A stretch of DNA of 64,000 nt, taken from assembly GCA_009914755.4 (NCBI GenBank), contig CP068257.2, positions 29,600,001 to 29,664,000 of the forward strand, read 5' to 3'. The notes beneath the pieces were generated by a model. It saw only the letters and a program-made list of their open reading frames with translations. It ran no database searches and had not been told where the DNA came from. A program made the position numbers and the translations under genes. Of this stretch, positions 13,321 through 27,633 are shown one piece after another. Numbering within the stretch: position 1 is the stretch's first letter; every line of letters begins with the position of its first letter. This stretch comes from the human T2T-CHM13v2.0 reference genome, Homo sapiens.

Positions 13321-14698
13321 CTGAGGAAACAGAACAGGGGTGTGCATGAGTATTCAGTGCTTGGGAAACAAAAGAACCCACAGTTGAACCTAACATGTGC
13401 ACCCTGTCAGAGGCTGAAAATTAAAGCACGTGGAACCCAGGAAGTAAAGAGAATGGAGCCAGGCTTGGACTCAAGTCTTGGATGGGCCTAAAGAAGGACA
13501 AAGATCTTAAATTGTAGCTTCTCAGCCTGCCCGGGTTTCCTTCCTGCATGCCCTCAAGTTCTCTCAAACCCTTCCTTTGGGTTTTAGAATGATTCATTAC
13601 AGGTCTCCTCACAGACATAGGGTCTTGTGACTCCTCTGTCCCGAGGCAGAGGTCCTCCAGGCCAGAACTTTGCCTGGCACTATGTGAGGATCAGAAGTCA
13701 CTACCGTCCGATTGAAGCCCATTCAAATATGTCTCGTATGATATGCAACCAGAAAAATCTAGAAAATGTATTTAGTTCCAGACCATGCCCTTGGATAAAA
13801 CAATATATAATACCAGCGTTAAGTACTTTAAGGATAAGAAAAACAATGATACATTTTTGGTCTAACATCCCATCTATAAACTTTTTTTTTTTCTAGAAGC
13901 CAACCATGCCCTTGTTCCTACTGAAAGAGGAAATCTATGGCACACATACAAAGGCCTGGGAGAAGCCGGAGTCCTGGTCCATGCATAATTGCACTGTGAA
14001 ACTAACAAGATAGTAGCAACAGAATATTTTATAGACTTGTGGCAAGATGGCTTCCATAGACTCCTTCCATTATCATCTAAACTTGAGGCTCACTTTAATA
14101 GCAATTATGAGCTGAACATTTACTCCAAACTAACTGAAATCAATTTCAGGGGAAGCCAGGGTATAACTTTATGACTCTTCCTCAACTTCAACATAAGCTG
14201 TCCGTCCATTTTCACCATTTTCCTTACCACAAACAAGTGCCACACTTCCTGTGAACTGCACAACCCTTGAAAGTTCAATCTATTCGGCTACAATGGGAAT
14301 CTGTCAAGCAAATTTGCTTATATGCGATTAGTAGTGTAGAATGATGCAGATCAATGGAAAGGTCACACTGGTTCAAGGGCAACTTTTCCTAGCCTATAAT
14401 ATTTCACATTACCACAGAATAGCTGTTGAACTCTACGTCCCTCCAAACAGATGAATGTAGCATATTGATATGCCCTGCCCACTTATTTCACATTTTTTTT
14501 CTCTTGGTACAGTTTGACCATGGGCTCTGCTTACAAGTCCTTATTGCACGGTGCTGCTGAGCATCATGATTTCATACTTGTGGTCCTTGTCTCCATAATT
14601 TAGGAGTCTCAATTATTCCTTCTACCCATTCAAGTTACAGTTGCTTCTTTTTTCAAAGGTAAAGCCCTATGCTAATGCTTTTTTGAAAGATAAAGTTT

Positions 14699-14997
<299 letters not shown>

Positions 14998-15041
14998 TTA
15001 TATTGCTTATTGTTAAAAAATTTTAGTGGAGTTCTGCAGGG

Positions 15042-15352
15042 TTATTTTTATTTTTTATTACTATTATTTTTGTAGATATGGGGTCCCACTGTTGCTCAGG
15101 CTGGAGTACAGTGGCACAATCATAGCTCACTGCAGCCTTGAACTCCTGGGCTCAAGTGAACCTCCTATCTCAGCCTCCCAAATAGCTGGAACTACAGGCA
15201 TATACAACCATACCTGGCTAATTTGTGTATTTTTTTGTAAAGACAAGGTCTCACTATGTTACCCAGGTTGGTCTCAAATTCCTGGCCTCAAGTGATCCTC
15301 CTGCCTCAGCCTCCTATAGTGCTGGGATTACAGGAGTGAGGCACCACACCAA
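15042..15352 (-). mobile_element. Alu SINE (minus), inverted partner of 14699-14983 with a 58-bp spacer
   Basis: T-rich tail ttatttttattttttattactattatttttgtagatatggggtcccactgttgctcaggctggagtacagtggcacaatcatagctcactgcagcc ... cctcctatagtgctgggattacaggagtgaggcaccacaccaagc. Confidence 0.9.
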
Positions 15353-16744
15353 GCTAATTTCTTTTAGTTTGGGGTTTAAAAGTTGCATGGTACAATTTAA
15401 ATACATACCTGTAGAGTAGTCTGCCCCAACTCTATTTTTCTCAAATCCCAAAGATTTTGAGGATCTCAAGGCTTTTCAGGAACACTTGTATGAAAAAGCA
15501 GAATAATCTGTACCTCCTATTTCCATGCCTTAGGCTAGCACAGATTAGAGAGACAAAGAAATAACAAAAATGGGAGGGGGAAACCGTTTTCCTCTAAGTC
15601 AGAGGTTCTTATGATGGGGCAAACTTGGCAATGTCTGGTGACCTTTCTGGTTGTCACAACTTGGGGGAAGGTGCTATTGGCATCTAGAGGACAGAGCCTA
15701 AAGAAGCTGTTAAGCATCCACAATGCCCAAGACAGCCCTCACAACAAATAATTATCCAGAAAATGTCAACAGTGTCACTGTTGAGAAACCCTGCTCTAAA
15801 TAGTTTTTACGACTAATTCAACACTAATGAAAAGTAGATTCCTAACATAAAAGGAGCAACACACGTTAGCATAGCTTAAGAAGAGAGAAAGAAGCCTGTG
15901 GATAATGAATTAGGGGACACTCACCAATCCTAACACACGCACCTAGTGAATGTTGTATGGTCCCATCAGGTAACTGTTTGTATAATTTTTCAACTTTGAT
16001 TTAGAATCATCCACAACAAAGCACCACCAAAAGTGATTAAAATCAGCTTTTACTCATGATCAACTCGTTCCAACTTTAAGATGAACGCGAAGCAGCAAAT
16101 CTGAGAACCACGTTCTCCCTGGTGAAAGTCTGTTTACCTTCATCTTCCCTGGAACATAATCTGTACGTTCTTCCGTTGTCCATGGAAACACTCCAGAGAC
16201 TAATTCCAAATGAAATCTTTTTTTAAAAAAATCAATTACTTTGCCTAATGGGAAAGAATCTTTAGGGAAAAAAAATCTCTATCCCACAGTTCCAACATGT
16301 TCTGCTTTTTATTTCCCAATATTCAAGCATTGCTAAGAAAAAGTCAGCTGCAAGTCTTGCTTTTGAGCAGCAAGGACAAAGCCCTGAGGATGTCAACAAA
16401 TCCTGGGAACCCATCAGGATGAAGCAAAGAACTCGGTGGCTCCATGTTCTGGGCCTGAATTCCAACAGGCTGTGTCACTCAGCTCTGCGTCACCAAGAAA
16501 GTAAAGACTCCCTTCCCTAAAGGGCCTGTGGGCTGTGCTCCTGGACACCTGCACCCTGACTTCCTGTGTCATTTACTCTCTGAGGGAATGGCAGAAACAA
16601 AATAAACCCCTCTGATATGTCCCAAGTAAAAAAAAGCCAACTAATCATTTTTATTTTATGCCACTAACATTGCTGCTCTCAAACTGAGAGTGAGAATCCC
16701 CTGGGAAGCTTGTTTAAATCACAAAGTCAGGGTCTGCTGAAGGC

Positions 16745-17215
16745 TGAATTGTGTCCTCCAAACATCCTAAATCCAGTTAGCTCAGAATATGATCATCTTT
16801 GGAAATAGGGCCTTTAAAGAGGTAATTACGATAATATGAGGTCACGTGGGTGGTCCCTGATCCAATATAAATGGTGCCATTATAAGAAGGAATTTGAACA
16901 TAGACAAGTAAAGGGAAGACCATGTGAAGACATCGGAAGAAGACAGCCATCTCCAAGTCAAGGAGAGCAGTCTCAGAAGAAACCAACCCTGCCAACACCT
17001 TGATCTTGGATTTCCAGCCTCCAGGACTGTGAGATGATACATTTCTGTTATTTCCACCATCCAGTCTGTGGTGCTTTGCTATGGCAGCCCCAGCAAACTC
17101 ATCCAGGGCCTACCTCCAAATCTTGTGATTCAGCAGGTGTGGGGTACAACCCAGAAAGACCCTCAAGAGGCTGTGATGCAGGTGATCTTCGGATCAAGCT
17201 ATTAAGAACTTGGCA
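16745..17215. mobile_element. Ancient interspersed repeat fragment (LTR/MER-type; family not resolved)
   Basis: ggtcacgtgggtggtccctgatccaatataaatggtgccattataagaagg...atgtgaagacatcggaagaagacagccatctccaagtcaaggagagcagtctcagaagaaaccaaccctgccaacaccttgatcttggatttccagcctccaggactgtgagat matches a very common human dispersed-repeat motif. Confidence 0.5.
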
Positions 17216-17537
17216 CTAATTAATAAAATGAATGCTAAGATGGGCTGCTAAGGATAAGAGGCTGCAGCGTCCAGAGGTGTGCCCATCTAGGGGAGAAGCG
17301 GGAAGTGGAAGAGGAAGAAGCCTTTCCCCTCATCTCCTCTCACTCCCCCAGAGCAGAGCAGCTGGTGTGATCCAGGCCCCTCAGACATAACCCTGTAACA
17401 CCTCCAAGTTAAGCCAAGGCACGTCACACATGAGAAAGAACACTGCAGTTCTCCAAAATGCTTCCACACGATGCACATCTATGTCTCATAGGCAAGACCA
17501 CTACAGCAAAAAATCATCAAAAGATAATGTTCTAGGA

Positions 17538-17836
17538 GGCCGGGCACCAATGCAACTGTAAACCCAAGGCCAAAGCAGGAGGATCGCTTGAGGCCAAAAG
17601 TTGGAGATGAGCCTGGGCAACATAGTAAGACCCTGTCTCAACAAAAAATAAAAACATTAGCCAGGCATGGTGGCACATGCCTGTAGTCCCAGCTACTTGG
17701 GAGGCTGAAGCAGGAGGATCACTTGAGCCCAGGAATTTGTGGCTGCAGTGAGCTGTAACTGTGCCACTGCATTCCAGCCTGGAAGACAGAGTGAGACCCT
17801 GTCTCAAACAGAAAAAAAAAAAAAAAAAAAAGAAAA
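17538..17836 (+). mobile_element. Alu SINE (left arm diverged or internally deleted), TSD aaagataatg
   Basis: ggccgggcaccaatgcaactgtaaacccaaggccaaagcaggaggatcgcttgagg ... cactgcattccagcctggaagacagagtgagaccctgtctcaaacagaaaaaaaaaaaaaaaaaa. Confidence 0.85.
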
Positions 17837-19002
17837 AGATAATGCTGTAGGAATAGCTGAGCAACAAAACTTCAGAAGGAGCCAGGGCCTCTGAGTGACT
17901 TCATAGAAAAGAGTTATCACACAAGCCTTAAATCATCTATTTTTGATAGGTGGGAGGGAAATAAAGTTCTGTCTTGCTTATGGCATTGGGATTGGCATTG
18001 CTGGTCTCTGGCACATGCAGCAAAACCTATATCCTGACCAATACCCTCCCTTCCTGTGTCATCAGGCATCTGAGCAACAGCTGGCACCAAGAATAATGGG
18101 GCCAACGCAAGTCCTACTTGTGCAAGGGTTGACCTGCACCTGCACATCACCGCATAGGCATTTGTGTTCACCTCACTGAGCAGAGCTCTAGGCTGCTCCA
18201 TGTCTCTAGGATTGCATGTTCCCAAACCAACCACAGTCTGTGAAATCCAGTATCGAACGGTCTAGTTTGATACTGATAAGCCCAGGCTTCTTCCTCTTGT
18301 GCCCTTCCATCAATCCTGTTGACCTATCTAACCTAGCCTGCCATGTATTAACCCTGTTTCAAGTCTAGCTTGGGAAGAAAAGTCTGTGTGTTTGAGAAGT
18401 GTTTTTCCTTTTAAAATATAGAGCTCATAAATATATTACATTTTCTAGGCTACCAGGATGTATGCAGTACGTGCAACAATACGTACATGTACTTCACGAA
18501 AATGTGCAAAATGACAACAAATACCAACAAATACAAGCATGGTTATATAAACAGAAAATAAAGTGATCTACACATGCATGTCTGTATCTATATATACACA
18601 GTCAAAAACACAAAGTTTGACTATTAAATAGTGACTGGCTTTTTCATAAACATGATGGTCTATACAATCCATTAATATCAGGTTGAATCCTATGAAATTA
18701 ACATTATTCTACCAATTTTTTCCTTTAAACATGGCAATTTCATAGAATTCAAGCTAATAAATTTCCCTCCAAAATAGTCACTTTGAAAGACAAAAAGCTG
18801 GATGAGTCCAAAAAGATTTGGTTTTTTTGGAACTCATCCTTTGAAACTGTCATCAAACCAGTTGCATACATGCCAAAACTAGACATGAGATGCTCCTCTA
18901 GCGTTAACTGTGAAAAGAGAAAATCAAACATCATTTGCAGGGGTGGGGATGGGAGAGTTACTAATTAGGGGGCATAAAGTTTCACTTAAGTCACATGAAT
19001 AG

Positions 19003-19148
19003 GTTCTAGCTTATTTATTTGTTTGTTTGTTTATTATGAGCTGGTGTCTTGCTATGTTGCCCAGGCTGGTCTTGAACTCCTGGGCTCAAGTGAACCTCCT
19101 GCCTCCCAAAGTGCTGGGATTACAGGTGTGAGCTACTATGCCCAGCCC
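19003..19148 (-). mobile_element. Free left Alu monomer (FLAM-like) with A-rich tail, minus orientation
   Basis: gcttatttatttgtttgtttgtttattatgagctggtgtcttgctatgttgcccaggctggtcttgaactcctgggctcaagtgaacctcctgcctcccaaagtgctgggattacaggtgtgagctactatgcccagcc. Confidence 0.75.
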
Positions 19149-19401
19149 AGATGACTAGATTCTAGAAATCTGCCTTACAACATTGCACTTGTAGTCGATA
19201 ATGCCATATTGCACATTTTAAAATGTAAGAGGGTAGATTTCATGCGAAGTGCTCTTACTATGATAAATGTTTTAAATTAGTATGATTTTCAAATTCTGTA
19301 TAACAACAACAACAACAAACCCACCCATCCCGTGAGTATGTGCACAACGGGGCACCTCTATTGGTGCATTTGGCACATAGCCGGGGCCCTCCCGCTCTCA
19401 C

Positions 19402-19849
19402 CTTTCAGGGACACCCAGTAGTGCTTCCACTTCCTCCGGGTGGCTGACTCCACCTTCTTGTTCTTCTTGTGCACCAGGAAGTTCTTGACGGCCAGGGCGC
19501 CGGCCTTGCGCACCGTGCCCTGTGCGGCGGTCAGCAGGATGTCCGACTGGCCCGGAGAGCTCAGGGTGCCGCTGCTCTGCTCATCGCTGTGCGCCGAGCC
19601 GGCCTCCTCCAGGCTCTCGCTGTTGGTGGTGCTCATCTCCAGCTCCCGCCGGAAGTTCTCGTACACCCCCTGACGAGCCGCATCCCCGGTGGAGCTGCTG
19701 CCGCTGTCGCTGCCCACAAAGGCCCGGCCTGTGGTGGGTGAGTAGCTGGAGTTGGTGGCATTAGATCGCCTGGACAGGAGGTCCGTGTCGGTAGTGGCCC
19801 CTTCAATCCCACTGTCTGCAAACTCACTGCCCTCGCCTGCATTAACATC
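19402..19849 (-). CDS. TIAM1: TIAM1 coding exon (448 nt, phase 0 in, phase 1 out) encoding DVNAGEGSEFADSGIEGATTDTDLLSRRSNATNSSYSPTTGRAFVGSDSGSSSTGDAARQGVYENFRRELEMSTTNSESLEEAGSAHSDEQSSGTLSSPGQSDILLTAAQGTVRKAGALAVKNFLVHKKNKKVESATRRKWKHYWVSLK(G), the PEST region and the start of PHn
   Basis: Acceptor cttgtcttctttgctctctctttctgctcccaag|GATGTTAAT; donor CTGAAAG|gtgagagcggg; the peptide continues TIAM1 directly after ...RRAKTTQ from the upstream exon; about 65% GC, about 28 CpG. Confidence 0.9.
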
Positions 19850-22058
19850 CTTGGGAGCAGAAAGAGAGAGCAAAGAAGACAAGCGTCACGTGGAGAAGGA
19901 ACCCAGGGTCACGTGGAGAAGAGCCCTGGGTCCAGCCAGGGCTCTGTAGCAGCGGGATACGCATAAGGCACAGCCACTCCTGACGGCTCCTGGACCAGGT
20001 CCTGCTCAACCCTGGACCCGCACAGACCCAGCAGAGCTGCTCAGGAAACCTTCAGCCGCCCTCCGTGAGAGCACACGATTTGGAATGTTCAAGAAATATA
20101 AAAGAAATAAGGAGCACTTCAAAGAGCTTATTATTTCTCTAAGATAATTAACGAATTGGCAAATTCGCGATTGAGATTCTACCGCTGCCATGCTGAGAAC
20201 CCAGCATCCTCAGCCTCATCAGCTTATCCTGAACTCCAGGAAATTCTGCAGGCAGATGAGTTAATTGTTCCAGACGTAGGGGGTGACAATGAATAACTAG
20301 GTCTTTATAGCTGATATCTTTAAAAATAAATAAATAAAAGGCATGCTTAGGAGTCTCTTTTATAATGGAGTGACTGAAAAGATAGCTAGTGCACCGCCTC
20401 ACCCACTCACCCAGCACGGCTCCGTGTTCCAGGAGCAGGCAAGAATCCTCATCCTCTAATCAGATTCGCTTCTTGAAAACAAGCAGCCTCTCACTCTGCA
20501 TTGTGCTAAATAAGTCTGTGGGGCCTACAGCTCCATTGAGCTCTCCAATTACCTTGCCCTTTCAAAGCTGGGATGCTAGGAGCCTTGGGCAGGCTACTTG
20601 CTGCCCCAGGGCCAAATGACAGCTCGGGGCAACTGCCAAGATACTGAGGGTATCAGTTCCCAGTTTAAAAACATTGGGAACTTCCAAAGCTGCTTCTGCT
20701 CTGAAGCTGAACATTTCCGGGACAGACAGGTCTGTTCTGAAATCAGTATCTTAATTGCTCTAAAGAGCTACAGGCATTTCCATAAACAATAATTAAATAA
20801 TGGTAGTCATCAAGGAAGGATACTCACTGCAGTATTGGACAGACAGCTCAAAGTCTTATGCATAAGAAAGGAGCCTAATTGTTCTCCAAGGAAGAGAACG
20901 GGAGGCTGAGTCTAATATAGAAGATGCCAAAGTAATACACAGTTTGGCAGTTTCACCAATTTGGGGGCCTTTAGTCTCACAAATGGCTCATTCTGGTTCA
21001 AACACGTAAAAACTAACCAGATATTCTGAATTACCATACAAATGAATGCTCTGGGCTCCTATCTTTGCTGAGAGGCAATGGGGGCAGTATGAGCCATGCC
21101 ACAAACTAATACTGGCCTACACAAGGCCCCAGACAGACACTGTGCCCATATCTCCACGAACTTCACTTAGTTCTAAGAATTGCTCAAAGTTCACCTTCAT
21201 CATGAAGAAATACTAAATAAGCAACTAAAAGAGATGTATAGCAAGACATGGAAAAAAGAGGGTGGTGGGAGTAGAATGGCAGCAGGAGATTGCTGGGTGA
21301 GCTTCTAGGGATCAACTCCATTATAAATGGAGCTTAGACCCCTGGGAGTTAGAGGGACTTAAGGGAAAGAAAGAAACCACGAATGCAGCTCAGATGCAGA
21401 CCCCTATAACTGCTGGTTCCCACAGCTTTGCTATCTGCTATCCTGCTTATTAACATCCACGGGTGGTCATGAAAGACCTAGAGCCAATTGGTAAAAATCC
21501 TCTACACAAACAGGAAAACACTGTTATCAACCCACATTTCTCCTTGGCAGGGACATTGACCATATGCTTCCCTCTTGATACAAGACAAAAGAAAATTTGA
21601 CAATTGTTGATTATTCAGGATAACCAATGAGTTACACAAGATGAGTCTGTGAATTTTCCAAACTTTTGGATTCATTTTCATGTCTCAGTCCTTCTGGGAA
21701 GAAGGTTTGGTATGCGTGAAAACATCAGCTATTAAGCTCTCTCTAAAATGCAAAGAGGTGAAATGCTTCTCTGCAAGACAGGGAAATTTAGCTACACAGG
21801 TAACATCCCTATTCCATAAGAGAGACTTTGGTACAAAGGAGAAAAAATGATCCCAGGCATCTTGTAATTCCCAGAGCTCCAGAAGAGGAAGGGACTTGGC
21901 AAAGCTATCTCATTGATTGACAGCCTGCGGCTTAGAAAATCACAAGTCTGGTTGGTGGCAGATGGGAAGTTGAAACCTATCCTTCCAAGTACACTTTCCA
22001 CTATTATATGGTGACCTCATGACTCAGCTGCAGGTAGCACCTGACCAGATTCTGTCTA

Positions 22059-22384
<326 letters not shown>

Positions 22385-24246
22385 TCAATCCCATGCCTTC
22401 CCCCTTTTCTTACCAACAATGGCTCTTCCAGATTTTTTCAGCAAAAGCTGAGTGACTGTGACCTGCCTGGCAAAAAGCTAAAACCTGCAAGTGCAAGAAA
22501 GGGGAAGGAGGATGGGAAGAGAGAATAAGGAAAAGCGAGGCAGAAACCCGAAAGACCAACTCTCAAGGGCGTGTCTCATAAGAGTTCACTACATTGCCAA
22601 CACCATCCATCCCTTTACAGAAGGCCCTCACATCTGTCTCTATTTAAACTAAGAGTAAGGCCTCAATGGACACTCACCTCTGTATAAGACCTGAACATCT
22701 GCTCATGCCAACTGATGCTGTAGCTTTGCCATGACCAGACTGTGTGTGTTCAACTCTGGGACAACCACTAAACCAAGCAAGGAAGTGATTACTCCAGGTA
22801 AAAGACCTGCGGGCCCCAGGTGAGCTTGCATGCTTTGGAAGCAAACAGCTCCGTGTCATCAACGGGGAATGCTCTTGTCATCTGTGATCCAAGACAACTC
22901 CACCTTGTCTCCTTAAGTGGTTATTCAGGCTCAGTGGTACACATGCCCCCACTGATATGTGACCCAGCCCATTGAGAAACGGATGCAGGTTGCCCAGCCC
23001 CAGCCCTTATTCAGTCATGAAGCTTGGGATGTCCCAAATTCCCAGAAGTCCATTCTCCAGCATTGCTGGAAAGGGTGATGACCCAGCCAGAGGTGCTACT
23101 CAACACCGCTCTTTCTTTCCTTCATTGTGTTGCAAACTTACTTAGTGGTCATCTTTCAGAGGGGCTCCTCCTACTACCCACCTGAGAATCCTGATCCTCC
23201 CCCTATCCCAGAAGCACCTGTAAACCTCCCCAGTCTTCCCAGCAGTGAGGAATACAGAAGACTGACACCACGGAATAGTCCCAGGGGAGCCTCAGCAGTT
23301 TTTGTAGCAACTGCAAGGTAGGTTACCTCTTAGAGGCAAATACTAAATTTTAATCAAAAAAGGCAGAGGACATCAAGGGAGATGGTAAGATCCTGGCTAG
23401 ACAGAGAAATAATTCTAAACATGGTTCATGATCTAGCCGAGACTTCCAGAAAACAGCTCAAAATAAACTCTCCATGTTAGAACCACTCCGTTGAAGAGAT
23501 TTCCGATCATGAACAACATTCACAGGGCCGAGAGGCTCTTCAATCCTGTTCTCCCAGGACAAATTCTCTGAAGCCAGATTTTCAGGGCACTCACCAGTTG
23601 CCATTCCACTGGCAGCTTCCCCAAAAAATGAATGTATGCACAAGTGGCCAGCTGTAGCCTAATACATACAACAGCTGTGGGCAAGAGTTTTCTTAGCATT
23701 TGAGCTGGGCAACAAATGCTTAAATGAGCTCCCAGGCTAAAATGAGGGAGGCAAGAGGCAAATTCAAAGCCTGTTTTCACTGCCTTGAAAACTGGAGGGT
23801 CACGCAGCATGAATGTAGACTAATGACACATTGTGGTAAGGCTCCAGTTGTTTTGACAGGAGACTTCAAATACTACCAAAGGGAGAGGTTTTCTGTGCTA
23901 ATGATGTGCGAACACAATTTTGAAAATGCAATTAGCCAGAAAGTGCAAAGGCTCTGGGACAATTCCAGGACCAGTAGAATCAATTGGCCACTTGTAGTTA
24001 AGTTATAAGTCGAATGCAATTAGATACTGTTTCCTTTGTCACTTGAATTTCCCTGATAGATCCAGCTTGAATACACCTGTGTTAAGATGCTAACTACAAT
24101 GCAGAATTCACTGAATTCCAGGGGGTAAAGAAATGTGGACCTACAGAAACCCTGAATTAGAACTGTTTCTGGCTTGTTAAATTCTAACATGTCCTTCCTC
24201 TGATTTATCATCTTCTTCCTAACCCCAAAATATTAAGTACCCCTCA

Positions 24247-24248
<2 letters not shown>

Positions 24249-24302
<54 letters not shown>
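24249..24302. repeat. (AC)27 dinucleotide microsatellite
   Basis: acacacacac... uninterrupted for about 54 nt, seen directly. Confidence 0.97.
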
Positions 24303-24304
<2 letters not shown>

Positions 24305-25189
24305 ATATCATCTTTGGTTCTCAGTATTATCTCCTTGGTATTCTCAGTATACTCTCCTTTGATAATCTCAGTACAGCAAGTATCAATTCTAGGTAAATGA
24401 CTCTGAACCAATCCATGCCTCAATTTCTTGATATGTATAATGGGGAGAGCAACACATCTACTTTGTAAGACACTGTATAAGACACTGTGAGATTGAGTTA
24501 ACCCAGGAAAAGTGTCTTAAACTGAGCCCAGCACATAGTACCTGCTCAAAAATGTTAACTATAATTACGGTCATCTCTACCTTCAGCCCTACTTACATCT
24601 TGGCCCAAGGAGAGAAGGCATTGCCTGAACTCAGTTGCTAACTTCCTGCACCAACATGGAAGAAAGGTCTCTGAGAAACCTGGGAAAAACACAGGCATAC
24701 CAAGGCTGGTGCCAGCCTAATACTAATTAGGCTTGTTAATTGTTCTCACGTTCACAAAACAGCACACTAAACTAGGAAAATGGTGACGTTCTCTACATTA
24801 TAAATTAGTAACTACTGGTCACTATTATGAAATACTAATAATTGCCATCCCTGATTTGCCAGAATAGGAAATCAACTCTATTTTCCCTCCCCTTCCTTTC
24901 TTAGGGCAAAATCTCTATGCCTTTCTTTTTATGTTTCCAACAACCCATTCCTTTTCTTCTAACGATTTCCAATGGGAGTGACTCACAATTTCAGCTACAA
25001 GCATTGGAACCAAAATTCCTACTGTTACTAAAAAGGGATTCCAAAGTAAGTTGGCAAAAGCTTGAAATGTTCCTTCAGGTAACTCCTGATTGGAGAAGCT
25101 TTATGTCTAAGTTAAATGAATCATTGCCTCTCCTTTCATCTGCTTTTCTATGTATGTGCTTATACCTTACAGTCATCCCTCCCCTCCCT

Positions 25190-25870
25190 CCTCACTATCC
25201 ATAATATATCAGAGACTCAGTTTTTTCTCTTCCCCTCCGAGTGCCACATCACTGGTTGAGCAATAAGCTCTCTCTTCTAACCCATCTTCCTTCCATCAAT
25301 CCATCCGGCACACCACTGCCAGGTAAATGTTCCAGGAGCAATGTGGAGGACTCCTCAGACTGCTGTTCAAGACCCTCCCCCGGTGTCCCGCGTTAAAACT
25401 TGAGCTTCGATGTCCCCACCCACTAGTGAAATTGAAGAACTCATTCCAGGGCATACTCCCAACCTTTCTCACTCCCAAGAATACTCACGTCCCCCCTTTT
25501 ACTACAACCAGAAGGCTTCTCTGTGCTTCCTCCAACTACCATGCCAACCTCTCCACAGCATCTCCTCTCCCACCTCCACCCCACCCCAGCCACCCTGAGC
25601 TCCTCCTCCTTGCTCGAATGTGCTGGGCACCCTCCCACATTGCAACTCAGGAGCCAGCTCCCTCCTCCCCTCCTCTCCTTCCAAGTCCCTATCCAGGTCT
25701 GCCCTCACCCTGACCACCCTGTCAGAAATTGCCCCCCACATCCCCCACACCCCATCTTCCTCAACATGCCCTGTCTTTCTTCCACAGCACATCGCTTCCT
25801 TATTATGCTAACTGTTTTCTGCCACACACACACCCACTTCACCCCAACGAGCTCCACGAGCTTGTGGATC
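25190..25870. repeat. C/CT-rich low-complexity tract (polypyrimidine on the plus strand)
   Basis: cctcccctccctcctcactatcc ... ctcccacctccaccccaccccagccaccctgagctcctcctcc ... cacccccacacccc; produces many overlapping Pro-rich ORFs on both strands with no coding signature. Confidence 0.7.
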
Positions 25871-26223
25871 TTTCCTTGTTGACGCATCCCAAGTGCCAAG
25901 AATAAAGCCTGGCATGGGGAAGGCACTTCAAAAATAATTGCTGAATGAACTCACTGCTGCTCATTTTCCACCACAATCTCAAAACAAGGAAAACAGTTTC
26001 TCATGGAATGCACTGCAGCTGGAGTTAAAGGTTTTGTCATTTCTAAACTCAGCTCATGCTCAACTAAAGTTGAGGTGACAAATGAGTCCTAGCTATAAAG
26101 CTTACATTTATAGGCTTTAAGCAGCCTAGTTGGATTATGTCTTGTGTGGATGCAATCGGAGTTCACTTAAATTTTTGTTCTTTAACTCTTTTAAAAAATT
26201 GAGGAAGTAAGAAAGATATATTA

Positions 26224-26525
<302 letters not shown>

Positions 26526-26796
26526 TTATGGCCCAAGCTAGATACTCGGTCAACTGGTGGTCCAAAGCCAACTGGGCCCAAATGACAATGTGACAGGCTG
26601 GTCAGGTGTTTCCTAAGTTCTCCATTGGGATCCATGGAGACCCTGTCAGGCCTTTAGGGCAGGCTGGCTTTATGGCCACATCCAACAGTCACACATTTAC
26701 AGTTATGCTGTAAAAAAACAATGATTACACATTGTTATGACACAATTTGAGTCAAGGGGCTCAACTTTCCTCTATTCTTATACTAGGAATGTGATC

Positions 26797-27132
<336 letters not shown>

Positions 27133-27136
27133 TGAA

Positions 27137-27303
27137 CTGGTGGGCATAGTGGTCCATGCCTGTAGTCCCAGCTACCCAAGAGGCTGAGGCAGGAGGATCA
27201 CTTGAGCCCAGGAGTTCAAGGCCGCAGTGCACTATGATAATATCTGTAAATAGCCACTGCACTCCAGCCTGGGAAACACAGCAAGACCTGTCTAAAAAAA
27301 TAA

Positions 27304-27336
<33 letters not shown>
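27137..27336 (+). mobile_element. 5'-truncated Alu (right arm) with (AAT)n tail
   Basis: ctggtgggcatagtggtccatgcctgtagtcccagctacccaagaggctgaggcaggaggatcacttgagcccaggagttcaagg ... ccactgcactccagcctgggaaacacagcaagacctgtctaaaaaaataaaataataataataat. Confidence 0.8.
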
Positions 27337-27633
27337 CCTGAATGTTCCCAACCTGTATTAGCATAAATGACCAGCTCTCAAAGTATGGACTAGGGTTCCC
27401 TAAAATACTTCCAGGGAGTCAGTGAGGCTCCTCCTTTTCCAACTACCCTGTGCAAGTCCAGGTTCTGCTCATAGGGTCCAACCAAACAGTATATTGCAAG
27501 AGAGTGAATGCAAAAGTAGGTATGAGACGCTAGTGTCTTCTGTTAAGCTAGAAATCATAGAGATCTGCAAAAATGGAAAACAATGCCTCTGTCCCACATC
27601 TTTTATTTTAGAGAATAAAATATTGTATTAGTT

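Noticed and set aside
13106-13402. Boundaries of ORFs 13106..13402 (98 aa) and 12949..13230 as gene models
   Set aside because: Only 13148-13320 of the first is exon. The ORF start MHMLGSTVGSFVSQALNTHAHPCSVSS is intronic polypyrimidine/acceptor sequence and the tail VCWALPLQGISNL follows the GT donor. The second ORF is an off-frame overlap.
17917-18234. 105-aa minus ORF and 78-aa plus ORF in a non-repetitive, mildly CpG-containing segment
   Set aside because: No splice-site pairing, no recognisable protein family, and an ORF length typical of chance in 64 kb. It is possibly a conserved non-coding element, but this is unsupported from sequence alone.
19358-19882. Extent of ORF 19358..19882 (starts with TTG, ends ...GESGRAPAMCQMHQ)
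   Set aside because: True exon is 19402-19849. The leading MSSLLSLSAPK is the translated polypyrimidine tract/AG acceptor, and the trailing ESGRAPAMCQMHQ lies past the GTGAGA donor.
25296-25926. Cluster of overlapping Pro-rich ORFs on both strands (e.g. 25327..25713, 25523..25882, 25502..25792)
   Set aside because: Produced by a CT-rich / polypyrimidine low-complexity tract (ccctcccctccc, ccaccccacccc). There is no start context or splice signals, and no resemblance to known proteins, so this is a compositional artefact.
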